A program made the position numbers and the translations under genes. The notes beneath the pieces were generated by a model, which saw nothing but the letters and a program-made list of their open reading frames with translations, did no database searches and was not told the DNA's origin. Positions 52,237 through 62,897 of a stretch of 64,000 bases of DNA are shown piece by piece; within the stretch, counting starts at the first letter, position 1, and each line of letters starts with the position of its first letter. Source of the DNA: Elainellaceae cyanobacterium (GTDB lineage Bacteria > Cyanobacteriota > Cyanobacteriia > CAZCXK01); the NCBI GenBank assembly GCA_051117555.1, contig JBNPEG010000017.1, positions 1-64,000 of the forward strand. The letters are read 5' to 3'.

Positions 52237-52869
52237 TTAGCCGCCTATAAAGGGAGTGTTCCAAAACTTCCAATTTTCTTTGTTGAACGGAGATTTCCAA
52301 CGAGCAATTAAGCCAGATTCCAGGAGTTGACGCGGCTTTGTTTGAGCGGGTGTATCCCACCAAAATGCCGTGTTAATGGTCGTGGGCATTTGGTGGTGAA
52401 AATGCACGCTTTGATAATTCAGCACATAGTGCTTGCAATCATGCACCCCTTTCCATCGCTGGTTTGCCTGACAGGTTTCTCCCACATACAGCAAAATTGG
52501 AACAGCAGTATCGACCACAAAATAAATGCAGGGATCTTCGGGATGGTGACGGGCAGGCAAATTGAAAAAGAAGAAATTGTGATAGTCAAGGGTAAACGGA
52601 TCAATGGTTGATGGATCAATGTCAGTGCTCTCAATTGGAAACAGCGCGGATTGCTGGGGAGATTGGCTGTCCCTAACTCGACACTGATATCGATACAGCT
52701 CCGCTTTCCATATTTGAAGTGCCTCTGAATCAATTTCTAAGTGGGGCTTGGTTCGAGAGTTGTAACGGCTCAAGGCTCTCTGCTCTGAGACATTGAACAG
52801 AGATTGCTGCTCACCATAGATCGACACCGTAGCGCTCCTCAAATTTGACTTCCTAACCATACCGCCCAT
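52237..52869 (-). CDS. GIY-YIG nuclease family protein
   Basis: CIYF...LYVGET...QRWKGVH, LESGLI...PFNKE. Confidence 0.82.
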   Translation of the reverse strand: MGGMVRKSNLRSATVSIYGEQQSLFNVSEQRALSRYNSRTKPHLEIDSEALQIWKAELYRYQCRVRDSQSPQQSALFPIESTDIDPSTIDPFTLDYHNFFFFNLPARHHPEDPCIYFVVDTAVPILLYVGETCQANQRWKGVHDCKHYVLNYQSVHFHHQMPTTINTAFWWDTPAQTKPRQLLESGLIARWKSPFNKENWKFWNTPFIGG

Positions 52870-52939
52870 TTCTAGCCATGTCTAGAAAATTATGGAGTTT
52901 TTTAGTTCTCCACACGCTAGATATGGAATTTTCAGGAAG

Positions 52940-54556
52940 CTACCGGCGCGATCGCCGTTTAGGATTCACCGTTATCGAGGTGAGCGCCTGACGAATATAA
53001 TCCATCGTAATTTGGGGAGCTTGGTCAGTCGCCGCCGCTAGAGCCGCCTCAAGGGCGATCGCACGAATCGTTCCTCCAGTCAGGCTGTAGTTTTGAGCCA
53101 GAGCCTTCCAGTCGATATCCTGACTGATAGGTGCTTCAGGTGGAAATGCGTGCTTCCAGAGCATCAGACGGGCAGACGCATCAGGCACCGGAAAATTGAG
53201 CGTCCACCGAGCTTGCCGTCGCCAATGAAGACTGACTGCTTCAATCATGCGGACGCTAAATAGGGTTAATCGACCCAGACGATGGCGCTGAGTTAGAAAC
53301 TGATTTAGCGAGGCAATGGGGAGAGAAGCAGAACGCTTCAACCACAGCTCAGCAGACTTGATCAACAGCACGTCGGGCTGCTGCGTTGTCAGCTCTCGCA
53401 GGACGGAAGACGTATTATCCACGTCTACATGAGCTAAATCGAGCCAATGGAGCGGATGTTGGAGAGTATGGGCGATCGCCCGCGCCGCCGTGGTTTTTCC
53501 AGTGCCTGATGATCCGACCAAAATTGCAAATGCACCAATCTGCGGTGCGTTAGCCCCATCGTTTGCAAACCCCCATTCCTGATCGACGATCGGTTGAGCC
53601 TGCGTGCGCTGGCAGATCGCACGCAGAGTTGTTTTTAAGTCGGCGGGTACGATCACGTCTGACCACTTGACTGATGTGGCTTCATCGACTGACAGCCACG
53701 ACAATGCAGTTCCTGATCGGATCAAATGATTTGCAACGGGAGGCTGAATAATGGGCGGCACGTCGAGCAGTCGAGGATTGGGTTGAGCCCCACGGATATG
53801 CTCGCCAACTGGATTTTGAGGGGCGATCCATTGAGGTAGCGTCGATGATTGATTCAGAAGCGCCTCTAGATCGGCTGGAGTTGGCTTGTCTGCTAGCAAA
53901 TAGTTAACAAGAAATTTAGACGATTTAATATCAGCATTTAGCATCGTGTCAGGCGATGCGGGGAGCAGCGTGAGGAGATTTCGCTGCACCAACACCGAAT
54001 CTGCGATGAGATAGCGGCGCGCCTTGCGCCATTCGCTGTCATTGCGACACAAAAGTCGCAGTACGAGATCAACCGTTGGCAAGTCGGTCTGAGTGGCATC
54101 TTCGCCTTGAAGATATCGATAAATGCGGGCATAGCGGCGATTTACCTCGGGCGCAAGGCTCATCAAGATGATGTTTTTCTCAACAATTGACAGATTGAGG
54201 CGATCGCGCAGAGCCGGTAACGCCAAAACAACGCCATTTGTGTGGCTAATTTGAATCCGAGCATCGAGCTGCTGCTGATAATTTCCCTTCGTTCGAGCCG
54301 ATCCGGATGACGTGCGGTGTTCATCATAGGAGGCCGTTCCCTCAAGCGATACGACTCCTTTCCACCAGTGGCTAGAGATGCGATCGGCACGGGACTGAAT
54401 CACACGATCGAGTTGTCTGGTATCTTGGCGTTGTCGTGCGACTGCTACCATCAATACCCGATCTAACCAATTAAGCTCTGTCTTTAAGTAAGACCAATTA
54501 TCGGCAAATCCGGTGGGCTGATGAGTGGCCATAGCGCAGTCGATAGGGATAAGCAA
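52940..54556 (-). CDS. AAA+ ATPase-like protein with degenerate Walker B
   Basis: Walker A GSSGTGKT, FPVPD...RLMLW, LTGGTIR; N-terminal LAPE...YARIY...PTVDL domain. Confidence 0.82.
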   Translation of the reverse strand: MLIPIDCAMATHQPTGFADNWSYLKTELNWLDRVLMVAVARQRQDTRQLDRVIQSRADRISSHWWKGVVSLEGTASYDEHRTSSGSARTKGNYQQQLDARIQISHTNGVVLALPALRDRLNLSIVEKNIILMSLAPEVNRRYARIYRYLQGEDATQTDLPTVDLVLRLLCRNDSEWRKARRYLIADSVLVQRNLLTLLPASPDTMLNADIKSSKFLVNYLLADKPTPADLEALLNQSSTLPQWIAPQNPVGEHIRGAQPNPRLLDVPPIIQPPVANHLIRSGTALSWLSVDEATSVKWSDVIVPADLKTTLRAICQRTQAQPIVDQEWGFANDGANAPQIGAFAILVGSSGTGKTTAARAIAHTLQHPLHWLDLAHVDVDNTSSVLRELTTQQPDVLLIKSAELWLKRSASLPIASLNQFLTQRHRLGRLTLFSVRMIEAVSLHWRRQARWTLNFPVPDASARLMLWKHAFPPEAPISQDIDWKALAQNYSLTGGTIRAIALEAALAAATDQAPQITMDYIRQALTSITVNPKRRSRR

Positions 54557-54571
54557 CGGTGGATAGACAAC

Positions 54572-55021
54572 TTAAGGTTGCTCGCCTACTCTCCCGATCA
54601 CGCGAATAAATTCAAGGGGTAAACCATCGGCATCTGCAAGGAACGCAACTTCATAGATGCGATCGCCAATGATTTGTTGAGTAGGCTGTAGCAGGATAGT
54701 CAATGGCGAAATTTCATCGGAGGCTTGCGCCATGTCGTGAAACCGCTGTTTTAGGCGATCAAGCCATTGAGGCAGAGCATTGGTCTGATAGGTCAGATCA
54801 AATGACAGGTGATAATACCCAGTGTAATGCTCGTCGCCAAAAGCATCTGCTGCCGGACGCGGTTGAGGAACTTGGAGCAGCTCGATTCGCCCTCCCAATC
54901 CCTCCATCCAGCAAGCAAGAGTAATACCCGCTGTAAAGCGTTCATACACCGTAAACCCTAACTGCTCATAGAAAGCGATCGCCCGATAAATATCAGCAGT
55001 GCGAATAGAAGCATGATGCAT
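54572..55021 (-). CDS. VOC/glyoxalase family protein
   Basis: MHHASIR...FYEQLGF, GYYHLSF, DADGLPLE. Confidence 0.9.
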   Translation of the reverse strand: MHHASIRTADIYRAIAFYEQLGFTVYERFTAGITLACWMEGLGGRIELLQVPQPRPAADAFGDEHYTGYYHLSFDLTYQTNALPQWLDRLKQRFHDMAQASDEISPLTILLQPTQQIIGDRIYEVAFLADADGLPLEFIRVIGRVGEQP

Positions 55022-55068
55022 AATGCAGGCTCATCGAGGCACGGTAGCGCCCTACTTTATCAACCTAA

Positions 55069-55578
55069 TTATTCGAACAAGCGAAAGTATGGATATCGAA
55101 CGGGCGCTCCAGGTTCTTTTTCTAAATCAAAATTAATCACATTCCAACAGGGTTCAGTATCCGAATCGGGACTAAACTCAACAGGCAGTCCATAGAGACG
55201 AGGACGCTGAGCGTCAGACTGCCCACGCCAGGGAGCGCTCCGCTCTAAGTAGGTACTAATCAAGTCTTTATAGCGGCGTGCAATAATCACACGAGTTGCT
55301 CGATATCCCTGAGTGTAGAGGCGATCGAGTGCCTCATGAATTTCAAACCGAATGCCATCTGGATGGGTATGCTGGCGATACCAATTATCGTCCCACTGAC
55401 GCCAATGCCGCCCTGACTGAAGATGAACGAGTTCTCCAGTCTCTGGATCGGCCTCAAATGCGCCATGTCGGGGACACAAATAGGTGTCTGTTAAAGTCAA
55501 TGCCGGAATGGTCTGGCGACAGTGAGGACACTGAATCTCCGGCCCGAATATTGGATATTGCAGAGCTGCGTTAATCAT
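55069..55578 (-). CDS. TIGR02652 (DUF2396) family protein
   Basis: YPIFGPEIQCPHC, YLCPRHGAFEA, RQHTHPDGIRFEIHE. Confidence 0.85.
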   Translation of the reverse strand: MINAALQYPIFGPEIQCPHCRQTIPALTLTDTYLCPRHGAFEADPETGELVHLQSGRHWRQWDDNWYRQHTHPDGIRFEIHEALDRLYTQGYRATRVIIARRYKDLISTYLERSAPWRGQSDAQRPRLYGLPVEFSPDSDTEPCWNVINFDLEKEPGAPVRYPYFRLFE

Positions 55579-55770
55579 GAAACCTTATGCCAGCATGTTC
55601 GCCATGTTACCCGCGCCAGTGGCTTTATTATAACCGTCGCAGGGTCAGAAACAGATTTCCGTCCTAGATCTGACAGGAATCCTAAAGAGATGATAGACAT
55701 AGTGTGTGAAAGTGCATGACCGCTTTCATGGCAATTCTACGAGCATATCGCCAATCATTCAGGGATAATC

Positions 55771-56334
55771 GTGCCTAATCTTCAGCAATTTCATCAATCA
55801 TTGATTCCAACTCCACCTTTTTGGTCGCCGCCCGACTTGTCTAAGGCTGCCTTTGTCGCTGCCAATGCGACTGTTATAGGTCAAGTAGAGGTCAAACGTG
55901 GTGCTAGCATTTGGTACACAGCGGTGGTTCGCGGAGACGTAGAGCGAATTGTCATCGGCGCATGCACCAATATTCAAGATGGTGCGATTCTTCACGGCGA
56001 TCCGGGCAAGCCAACCATTTTGGAAGACGATGTAACAATTGGGCATCGGGCTGTGATTCATAGCGCCCATATCGAGCAAGGCAGCCTGATTGGAATTGGT
56101 GCCATCGTGCTAGACGGGGTGCGGGTCGGTGCAGGAAGCGTCATCGGAGCAGGCGCAGTGGTGACCAAAGATGTGCCTGAGCGATCGCTCGTGGTTGGGG
56201 TGCCTGGAAAGGTGTTACGCCAGATTTCTGATGACGAAGCGACTGATTTGATCGAGCATGCCAAGAAATATGAAAAGCTGGCGCGAGTGCATGCAGGACA
56301 CGGAACAGATTTAGGATTTGGGCTAAAGGGTTGA
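55771..56334 (+). CDS. Gamma-carbonic-anhydrase-family (left-handed beta-helix) protein
   Basis: VRGDV, TNIQDGAILH, TIGHRAVIH, hexapeptide repeats. Confidence 0.92.
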   Translation: MPNLQQFHQSLIPTPPFWSPPDLSKAAFVAANATVIGQVEVKRGASIWYTAVVRGDVERIVIGACTNIQDGAILHGDPGKPTILEDDVTIGHRAVIHSAHIEQGSLIGIGAIVLDGVRVGAGSVIGAGAVVTKDVPERSLVVGVPGKVLRQISDDEATDLIEHAKKYEKLARVHAGHGTDLGFGLKG

Positions 56335-56347
56335 CACCCCAGGTTCC

Positions 56348-57460
56348 TTAATCCGTCAATCCTTGCAATTCTAAATCGGGCACGTCCACCCATTGACCCG
56401 ATTGGCTCGATTCGTGGGTCAAATCCATTAAAAGTTGAGAATAGACGCCCTCTTGCAGGGAGGGTGCCGATTCTTTGCCCTGATCGATGCATCGAATCCA
56501 ATGATCAACTACTCGCACAAACGGCGCAAGCCGACCATCTTTATAGACTTGAGGAAAGCGCAGATGCTCGGGAATGGCGATTTCTGTTAGAGGATTGCCT
56601 TCTCGACTCGTCCAGAGACGAAAGCCATGAATATAATCCTTCGGATTATCATTGCCGAGTACGACGGTGCCGCGATCGCCATAGACTTCGATCCAATGCC
56701 CTCGCCCTTGATAGGTCACGGCGCTGAGAGTCACCTGACACGGAGTACCGTCTTCTAAATCAAGCATGATGCGGCATGTATCGTCTGCATCAACGGGCTT
56801 TTGTTCGCCTGTTGCCGGATCGGGTCGCGTTGGAATAGTTGTACTCAGCGACCCACATAACCGGCGCACTGGACCAAACAACCAAGGCACATAGTCAAAC
56901 AGATGAGAGCCAATCGAACCGAGTGCGCCACCGCCTTTTTCCTGTTGAGAATACCAGTCCCACGGGCGTTCAGGATTAGCACGACTTGCTCCCATCCAAT
57001 CGATTTTAATGAGCCGCTTTCTGCCAACAAATTCTTCAGCTAATAGTCTGGCAAAGTGCTGCCATGCCGGAACATAGCGAAACTCAAAATCAACGACGCC
57101 AACCACGCCTTGCTTAGCAGCGAGCGTATAAAGTTCCTGCGCTTCAGTTACAGATAAGGTTGTCGGCTTTTCTATCAGCACATGCTTTCCGGCATTGATC
57201 GCAGTTTTTGCCATCGAGTAATGCAGAAAGGGAGGCGTCGAAATACTGACCGCTTTGACTTCAGGGAGCGCCACAATTTGCTCGACGGTTTCACAGGCAT
57301 AGGGAATCTTATTGGCTTCTGCGATCGCCCGTGCCTTATCTAAATTTCGATGATAAACGGCTAGCACTTGAGTTCTTGGATGAATTTGGAACCCAGGAAT
57401 ATGAATTTTTTGACCAAATCCAGTGCCAATAACCGCAATACCCAGAGGAGATTGAGCCAT
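56348..57460 (-). CDS. Gfo/Idh/MocA oxidoreductase
   Basis: IGTGFG, STPPFLH, GKHVLIEKP, GGGALGSIGSH; ATG at 57460 chosen. Confidence 0.92.
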   Translation of the reverse strand: MAQSPLGIAVIGTGFGQKIHIPGFQIHPRTQVLAVYHRNLDKARAIAEANKIPYACETVEQIVALPEVKAVSISTPPFLHYSMAKTAINAGKHVLIEKPTTLSVTEAQELYTLAAKQGVVGVVDFEFRYVPAWQHFARLLAEEFVGRKRLIKIDWMGASRANPERPWDWYSQQEKGGGALGSIGSHLFDYVPWLFGPVRRLCGSLSTTIPTRPDPATGEQKPVDADDTCRIMLDLEDGTPCQVTLSAVTYQGRGHWIEVYGDRGTVVLGNDNPKDYIHGFRLWTSREGNPLTEIAIPEHLRFPQVYKDGRLAPFVRVVDHWIRCIDQGKESAPSLQEGVYSQLLMDLTHESSQSGQWVDVPDLELQGLTD

Positions 57461-57886
57461 AGTCAAAATCAAAGAAACGTGTGACGACAGCAATAAACGC
57501 TGCCTACTTGTTAGCCTACAGGGCGATCGCCTCTTTGCACATCTAGAGATGGGCAGAAAGAGCCATGACGTTTGTCTCGGTCAATTCACGACGTCTGTCT
57601 CATGCCAACGAGAGGCGAGCTTGATAGAGTCGATATAAGACTGATGGACTGGATACGGTTTCAACGGGCGTCAAACAGGCATCCAATATCTTCACCTGAT
57701 TGGATGAGCCAGAAGCAGGTGGCGGCCTAGCCGGGCACAGACTATAGTTGAGGCGATATGTAGAGGCATCTGTAAATAGCGTAGTGTGACGTGGCGATCG
57801 CCTGCCCCTTGGCCCCCTCTCCGCAGAGCAATAATCTAGGGTACATCATCTTCATTTAGAACTCCCCACTATTTGTTGTTCTATTC

Positions 57887-57904
57887 GTTCAGAAATTGCT
57901 GAAC
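57887..57904. promoter_or_regulatory. Palindromic operator upstream of the MarR/GbsR gene
   Basis: GTTCAG-AAATTG-CTGAAC, about 60 nt before the start codon. Confidence 0.6.
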
Positions 57905-57965
57905 ATTCAAAATTTGTTGTGTTAGATTAGATGGAGATGGTTGTGTAACAAGTTATTGAGCCCCA

Positions 57966-58451
57966 TTGAATAGTCCCTCACCTAAGGAAAACCAAAATTT
58001 CGAGCCGACCTTCTTCGTCGAAGAAATTGGGTTGATGTTCGAAATGGTAGGCATGCCGCGTATGGCTGGGCGCATCTTGGGATGGCTGCTCATTTCTGAT
58101 CCGCCTCAGCAGTCGAGTGGTGATCTATCCAACGTTCTTCAAGCCAGCAAAGGCTCAATTAGTAGCATGACCCGTCTTCTAATCCAGATTGGATTAATCG
58201 AGCGCATCAGCTTACCAGGGCGACGGCGAGATTACTTTCAAATCAAGCCTAACGCTTGGTCGCAGATGACAAAGCAGCGAGTCGAACAAATTGCGGCATT
58301 TCGGCAGTTGGCAGAAAAGGGGCTCGATCTGCTTCACGATGCTCCTCCTCCCCTTAAGCAGCGGCTTCGAGAAATGCGCGATATTCATGCATTTTGGGAG
58401 CGAGAATTGCCGTTGCTCCATGCCCGATGGGAGCAAGAGCACCAGCAATAA
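57966..58451 (+). CDS. GbsR/MarR-family transcriptional regulator
   Basis: GMPRMAGRILGWLL, ASKGSISSMTRLL, PGRRRDYF. Confidence 0.9.
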   Translation: MNSPSPKENQNFEPTFFVEEIGLMFEMVGMPRMAGRILGWLLISDPPQQSSGDLSNVLQASKGSISSMTRLLIQIGLIERISLPGRRRDYFQIKPNAWSQMTKQRVEQIAAFRQLAEKGLDLLHDAPPPLKQRLREMRDIHAFWERELPLLHARWEQEHQQ

Positions 58452-58511
58452 ATTGTGAAGAGTTTTGTCGCCACGATTTAATTACTGCTTAGCACTTAGA
58501 TTCAGACCACC

Positions 58512-59876
58512 ATGCAATTTCCTCTAATTGGCAAAATTAAGCGCCCGCTTCCGTGGGTCATCGCTCTCGTGGCGGTTGGCGTCGTGGGAGCCGGAGCAGT
58601 ATCATTCATACTCATTCGCGCCCAGAGAAATGACATCGACATCGCAGAGCTCACGGTTCCAGTTGAATCGCAACCTCTCGGAGTTCGGATTACGGCAAGC
58701 GGGACAGTGCAGCCAATTGATACCGTTAATCTCAGTCCACGAACGTCTGATTTAGTTGCCGAACTCTACGTTGAACAGGGCGATCGCGTCTCTCAAGGTC
58801 AAGTGGTTGCCCGTATGAAGAGCAACAGTGTCGAGGCAGAACTCACCCAAGCGAGGGCTAGAGTGGTTCAGTGGCAAGCCGAAGTCGCAGAGCTTCGGAA
58901 CGGCACCCGCCCTGAAGACATCGCTCAAGGTCGCGCCCAGGTCGAACGAGCAGATGCGGTGGTCGCAGAGGCGGAGGCTCGCCTCGAACTCGCGACCGAT
59001 CGCCTAAATCGCAATCGAGTGCTTCAAGAGGAAGGCGCAATTTCTAGAGACGATATTGATGCGGCTGCTGAAGAGGCAGAACGGGCGCGAGCCAATCTTG
59101 AGCAAAATCGCGCGAGCTTGCGTGAGGCGCAGGAAAATTTGAGGCTGTTACAGCGTGGCAGTCGCGCAGAAGACATTGCCCAGGCAGAGGCGCAACTGGC
59201 TCAGGCCCAAGGCAACTTGCAAGCCGTCGAAGTGCAGTACGATGACACGTTTATCCGGGCTCCGTTTGATGGCATCATTACTCAGAAATATGCGACCGAA
59301 GGCGCATTTGTGACCCCAACTACTTCGGCGTCAGAGGCATCGTCTGCAACCTCATCTGCCATCGTGGCGATCGCCAGCGGCTTAGAAGTGTTGACGGAAG
59401 TGCCTGAAGTTGATATCAGTCGCATCCGCCAAGGTCAACCCGTCGAAATTGTGGCCGATGCCTATCCCGATCAGGTGTTTGAGGGGCGCGTGAAGCGGAT
59501 TGCCCCGCAAGCGATTGAAGACCCGAGTCGGGGCGACTTTGTTTACTTTGAGGTAACGGTCGAATTGATCACGGGTGAGGATCAGCTGATGTCGGGCATT
59601 CAAACGGATGTCACCTTTATTGGAGACGAGGTCAGCGGCGCGATGGTGGTTCCAGCCGTTGCCGTCGTTCGAGTAGATGGTCAGCAAGGGGTGCTGCTCC
59701 CCGACGAAAATGACCGCCCGCGATTTCAACCCGTTACCCTCGGCCCTCAAGTCGGCAACGAGATTCAAATCTTAGAAGGCGTTGATCCGGGCGATCGCAT
59801 CTTTGTCGAACTGCCTGAGGGAACCACCCTAGAAAATTTGAACTTTGGACGACGCGATCAGGAGGGTGAGGAATAA
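58512..59876 (+). CDS. Periplasmic adaptor (MacA/HlyD family)
   Basis: N-terminal TM, ASGTVQP, coiled coil, IRAPFDG. Confidence 0.92.
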   Translation: MQFPLIGKIKRPLPWVIALVAVGVVGAGAVSFILIRAQRNDIDIAELTVPVESQPLGVRITASGTVQPIDTVNLSPRTSDLVAELYVEQGDRVSQGQVVARMKSNSVEAELTQARARVVQWQAEVAELRNGTRPEDIAQGRAQVERADAVVAEAEARLELATDRLNRNRVLQEEGAISRDDIDAAAEEAERARANLEQNRASLREAQENLRLLQRGSRAEDIAQAEAQLAQAQGNLQAVEVQYDDTFIRAPFDGIITQKYATEGAFVTPTTSASEASSATSSAIVAIASGLEVLTEVPEVDISRIRQGQPVEIVADAYPDQVFEGRVKRIAPQAIEDPSRGDFVYFEVTVELITGEDQLMSGIQTDVTFIGDEVSGAMVVPAVAVVRVDGQQGVLLPDENDRPRFQPVTLGPQVGNEIQILEGVDPGDRIFVELPEGTTLENLNFGRRDQEGEE

Positions 59877-59878
59877 GG

Positions 59879-61096
59879 ATGGATTTGACTGAAAGTCTCA
59901 AAATGGCGGTTAAAACCCTCACCGCAAATAAGCTGCGCAGTAGCTTGACGATGTTGGGAATCATCATTGGCAATGCGTCGGTGATTGCAATGGTGGGCGT
60001 GGGGCAAGGGGCTCAAAAATATGTTACTGACCAGATCGAAGGACTCGGTCCCAATGTGCTGTTTATCGTGCCGGGAAATCAGGAAACCCAGCGAGCCACG
60101 TTTAACGTGCCCAAAACTCTCGTTTTATCGGATGCAGAGGCGATCGCAGAGCAGGTTCCCTCCGTGCAAGAGGTTGCACCCGAATTCAACGATCGAGGAT
60201 TGGTGACTCGCGGTAGCCGCAATACCAATTCGACCATCATCGGGACGACACCGGGGTTTCCAGTTGTTCGCAACTTCGAACTGCAGGAAGGTCGCTTTTT
60301 CAGCGAATTAGACATGCGACGCAGCAATCCAGTGGCGGTTTTGGGCCCCGAACTTGCCGATCGCCTCATGGATAATCGTGACCCCGTGGGTCAGCAAATT
60401 CGCATTAAAAATGTCAGCTTTCAGGTGATCGGCGTCTTAGACGAAAAAGGGTCAAATCTCGGTGTTAACTACGACAACGCCGTAATTGTGCCGCTGATGA
60501 CGATGGCCAATCGACTAGTAGGGCGCACCTCGCCCTACGGCATCGAACTCACCTACATCAGCGTGTCTGTAGATCAACAAACCAACATGGATGCTGCGAG
60601 GTTTCAAATCGCCAATCTGCTGCGGTTGCGTCACAAAATCGTCGGGGAAGATGATTTTACGATCAACAGTCAGCAAGATTTGTTAGAAGTCACCGGCACC
60701 ATTACCGGCGCACTCACGATCATGTTGGCGGCGATCGCCGGAATTTCTCTCTTCGTGGGCGGCATTGGCATCATGAATATCATGCTGGTTTCTGTCAAAG
60801 AACGCACTCAGGAAATTGGCCTGAGAAAAGCGATCGGCGCGTCTCAGAAAGATATTTTGGTGCAATTCATGATCGAGGCAATTATTCTTGCTGCAACAGG
60901 TGGGTTAGTCGGCACAGGACTAGGCATTACCGGCACCCTCCTAATTGGAATAGCAACACCGTTTCAACCCGGCATCTCTGTCACCGCCGCAGGCGTTGCT
61001 GTGATTGTCTCTGGCGGAATCGGGCTCTTCTTTGGTGTCGTGCCTGCTCGCCAAGCCGCCAAGCTCGACCCAATCGTAGCGCTCAGAAGCGCTTAG
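59879..61096 (+). CDS. MacB/FtsX-type ABC permease
   Basis: LRSSLTMLGIIIG, VGGIGIMNIMLVSVKERTQEIGLRKAIGA, AAKLDPIVALR. Confidence 0.94.
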   Translation: MDLTESLKMAVKTLTANKLRSSLTMLGIIIGNASVIAMVGVGQGAQKYVTDQIEGLGPNVLFIVPGNQETQRATFNVPKTLVLSDAEAIAEQVPSVQEVAPEFNDRGLVTRGSRNTNSTIIGTTPGFPVVRNFELQEGRFFSELDMRRSNPVAVLGPELADRLMDNRDPVGQQIRIKNVSFQVIGVLDEKGSNLGVNYDNAVIVPLMTMANRLVGRTSPYGIELTYISVSVDQQTNMDAARFQIANLLRLRHKIVGEDDFTINSQQDLLEVTGTITGALTIMLAAIAGISLFVGGIGIMNIMLVSVKERTQEIGLRKAIGASQKDILVQFMIEAIILAATGGLVGTGLGITGTLLIGIATPFQPGISVTAAGVAVIVSGGIGLFFGVVPARQAAKLDPIVALRSA

Positions 61097-61145
61097 GGAC
61101 TCGCTTAGCGATAAGCAAGGACTCTGTAAAAAAAAAGCCGTTTGC

Positions 61146-61184
61146 CCACCCCTCTCCCATCCACCCCTCTCCCATCCACTCTCC
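61146..61184. repeat. C-rich 15-bp tandem repeat before the ATG
   Basis: (CCACCCCTCTCCCAT)2 followed by CCACTCTCC. Confidence 0.85.
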
Positions 61185-61904
61185 ATGTCTCAAACCATCA
61201 TTCGTCTTGAAACCATTTTCAAAATCTATGGATCTGGCAATACCGAGGTGCGAGCCTTGTCAGACGTTAATCTAACCGTCGAAGAGGGGGAATATTGCGC
61301 CATCATGGGGCCGTCAGGGTCGGGTAAGTCGACCGTCATGAATATCATCGGCTGCCTCGATCGCCCAACAAAAGGCCGATACTATCTGGATGGCGTTGAT
61401 GTTGCCCATCTGGATGACACCGAACTGGCTCACATCCGAAATCGCAAAATTGGATTTGTGTTTCAGCAATTTCATTTGCTGCCGCAGTTGACAGCTGTTG
61501 AGAATGTCATGCTGCCGATGGTATATGGCGGAGTGTCGTCGGATGAACGGCACGATCGCGCGGCTGAAGCCCTCACTCGTGTTGGACTAGGAAATCGCCT
61601 CAATAACCGTCCTACTCAACTCTCAGGGGGGCAACAACAGCGGGTGGCGATCGCCCGCGCTATTGTCAATCGTCCGGTGTTGTTGCTGGCCGACGAACCT
61701 ACGGGCGCACTTGACACCCACACCACTCAAGAAGTGATGGGTATTTTTGCGGAGCTAAACGCAAGCGGCATCACGGTCGTAATGGTCACGCATGAAGCAG
61801 AAGTGGCTCGACTCACGCAGCGAATCGTTTGGTTTCGGGATGGTGAAGTGATGCACCATCACCTTGCACCCACCGAAATTGCCCAGGTCGCGTTGGCAAC
61901 TTAA
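61185..61904 (+). CDS. ABC ATP-binding protein (MacB/LolD type)
   Basis: [23 protein letters not shown]. Confidence 0.95.
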   Translation: MSQTIIRLETIFKIYGSGNTEVRALSDVNLTVEEGEYCAIMGPSGSGKSTVMNIIGCLDRPTKGRYYLDGVDVAHLDDTELAHIRNRKIGFVFQQFHLLPQLTAVENVMLPMVYGGVSSDERHDRAAEALTRVGLGNRLNNRPTQLSGGQQQRVAIARAIVNRPVLLLADEPTGALDTHTTQEVMGIFAELNASGITVVMVTHEAEVARLTQRIVWFRDGEVMHHHLAPTEIAQVALAT

Positions 61905-61946
61905 TGGCATTTTTAATGTAGCATGTTGTAGTATGCCGAGTAATGC

Positions 61947-62897
61947 ATGGCTATGATGTCTCAAATTGCTCCGACGCGTCCGCGTGAAGCAACTGCTTTA
62001 GTTGCCTATGATTTATGGAAACTGTATCGCGATCGCCCCGTTGTTCAGGGCGTCAACTTTTCGCTAAATTCGGGTGAAATTTTGGGGCTACTCGGTCCAA
62101 ACGGAGCGGGTAAAACGACTACGGTTGGAATGCTCTACGGGGCGGTCGTCCCGAGTCGAGGATTTGTCCGTCTGGGGAACCTCGACGTGCAGGGGAACGG
62201 GCATCGAGCCCGAAACCACATGGGTATCGTTACCCAGGAAGATAATCTCGACCCCGATTTTTCGGTGTTTGACAATTTAACCTTCTTTGCTCACCATTAT
62301 CGAATTCACGGCAAAGCAGCTCGACAGCGAGCCGGAGAACTGCTGGCTCAATTGGGGCTTGACGAGTATGCTCACCGTCAAATTGATGAGCTATCAGGCG
62401 GGCTAAAGCGGCGATTGGTGTTAGCACGCGCCCTCATCAATGACCCGCTCGTGGTGTTTCTCGATGAACCGACGACTGGCCTTGATCCCGATGCCCGCCA
62501 AGAATTTTGGAAACTCGTCCTCGACCTCAAGCAACAGGGATGTGGAGTATTGCTCACAACCCACTATATGGATGAAGCTCAGCGATTGTGCGATCGCCTC
62601 TTATTGCTTCAGCAAGGCACCGTCATTGATGAGGGAACGCCGCTGGATCTGATTAAGCGCACTGTCGGCAGCGAAGTCATCGAAATAGAGGGCGTCGATG
62701 AGTCTCAACTCCAAACATTGGCAACGCAAGCGAATACCTGGTGTCGCTCGTTTGGAAAGGGCTATCTGCTAGCACTCCCTGCCGATCCTGACCCGCTCTG
62801 GCACCAGCTCAGCGCCCTCCCATCTGTTCGACTCAACCGACGTTCCGCCAATCTCGAAGATGTATTCCTTCGCTTAACTGGGAGAATGCTGGAATGA
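61947..62897 (+). CDS. ABC-2 exporter ATP-binding protein (NodI-like)
   Basis: GPNGAGKTT, QEDNLDPDF, LSGGLKRR, DEPTTGLD, LEDVFLRLTGR. Confidence 0.93.
   Translation: MAMMSQIAPTRPREATALVAYDLWKLYRDRPVVQGVNFSLNSGEILGLLGPNGAGKTTTVGMLYGAVVPSRGFVRLGNLDVQGNGHRARNHMGIVTQEDNLDPDFSVFDNLTFFAHHYRIHGKAARQRAGELLAQLGLDEYAHRQIDELSGGLKRRLVLARALINDPLVVFLDEPTTGLDPDARQEFWKLVLDLKQQGCGVLLTTHYMDEAQRLCDRLLLLQQGTVIDEGTPLDLIKRTVGSEVIEIEGVDESQLQTLATQANTWCRSFGKGYLLALPADPDPLWHQLSALPSVRLNRRSANLEDVFLRLTGRMLE

Noticed and set aside
52237..52869. GIY-YIG gene as a homing endonuclease or defence nuclease
   Set aside because: No intron, intein or defence context; it sits among housekeeping-type genes.
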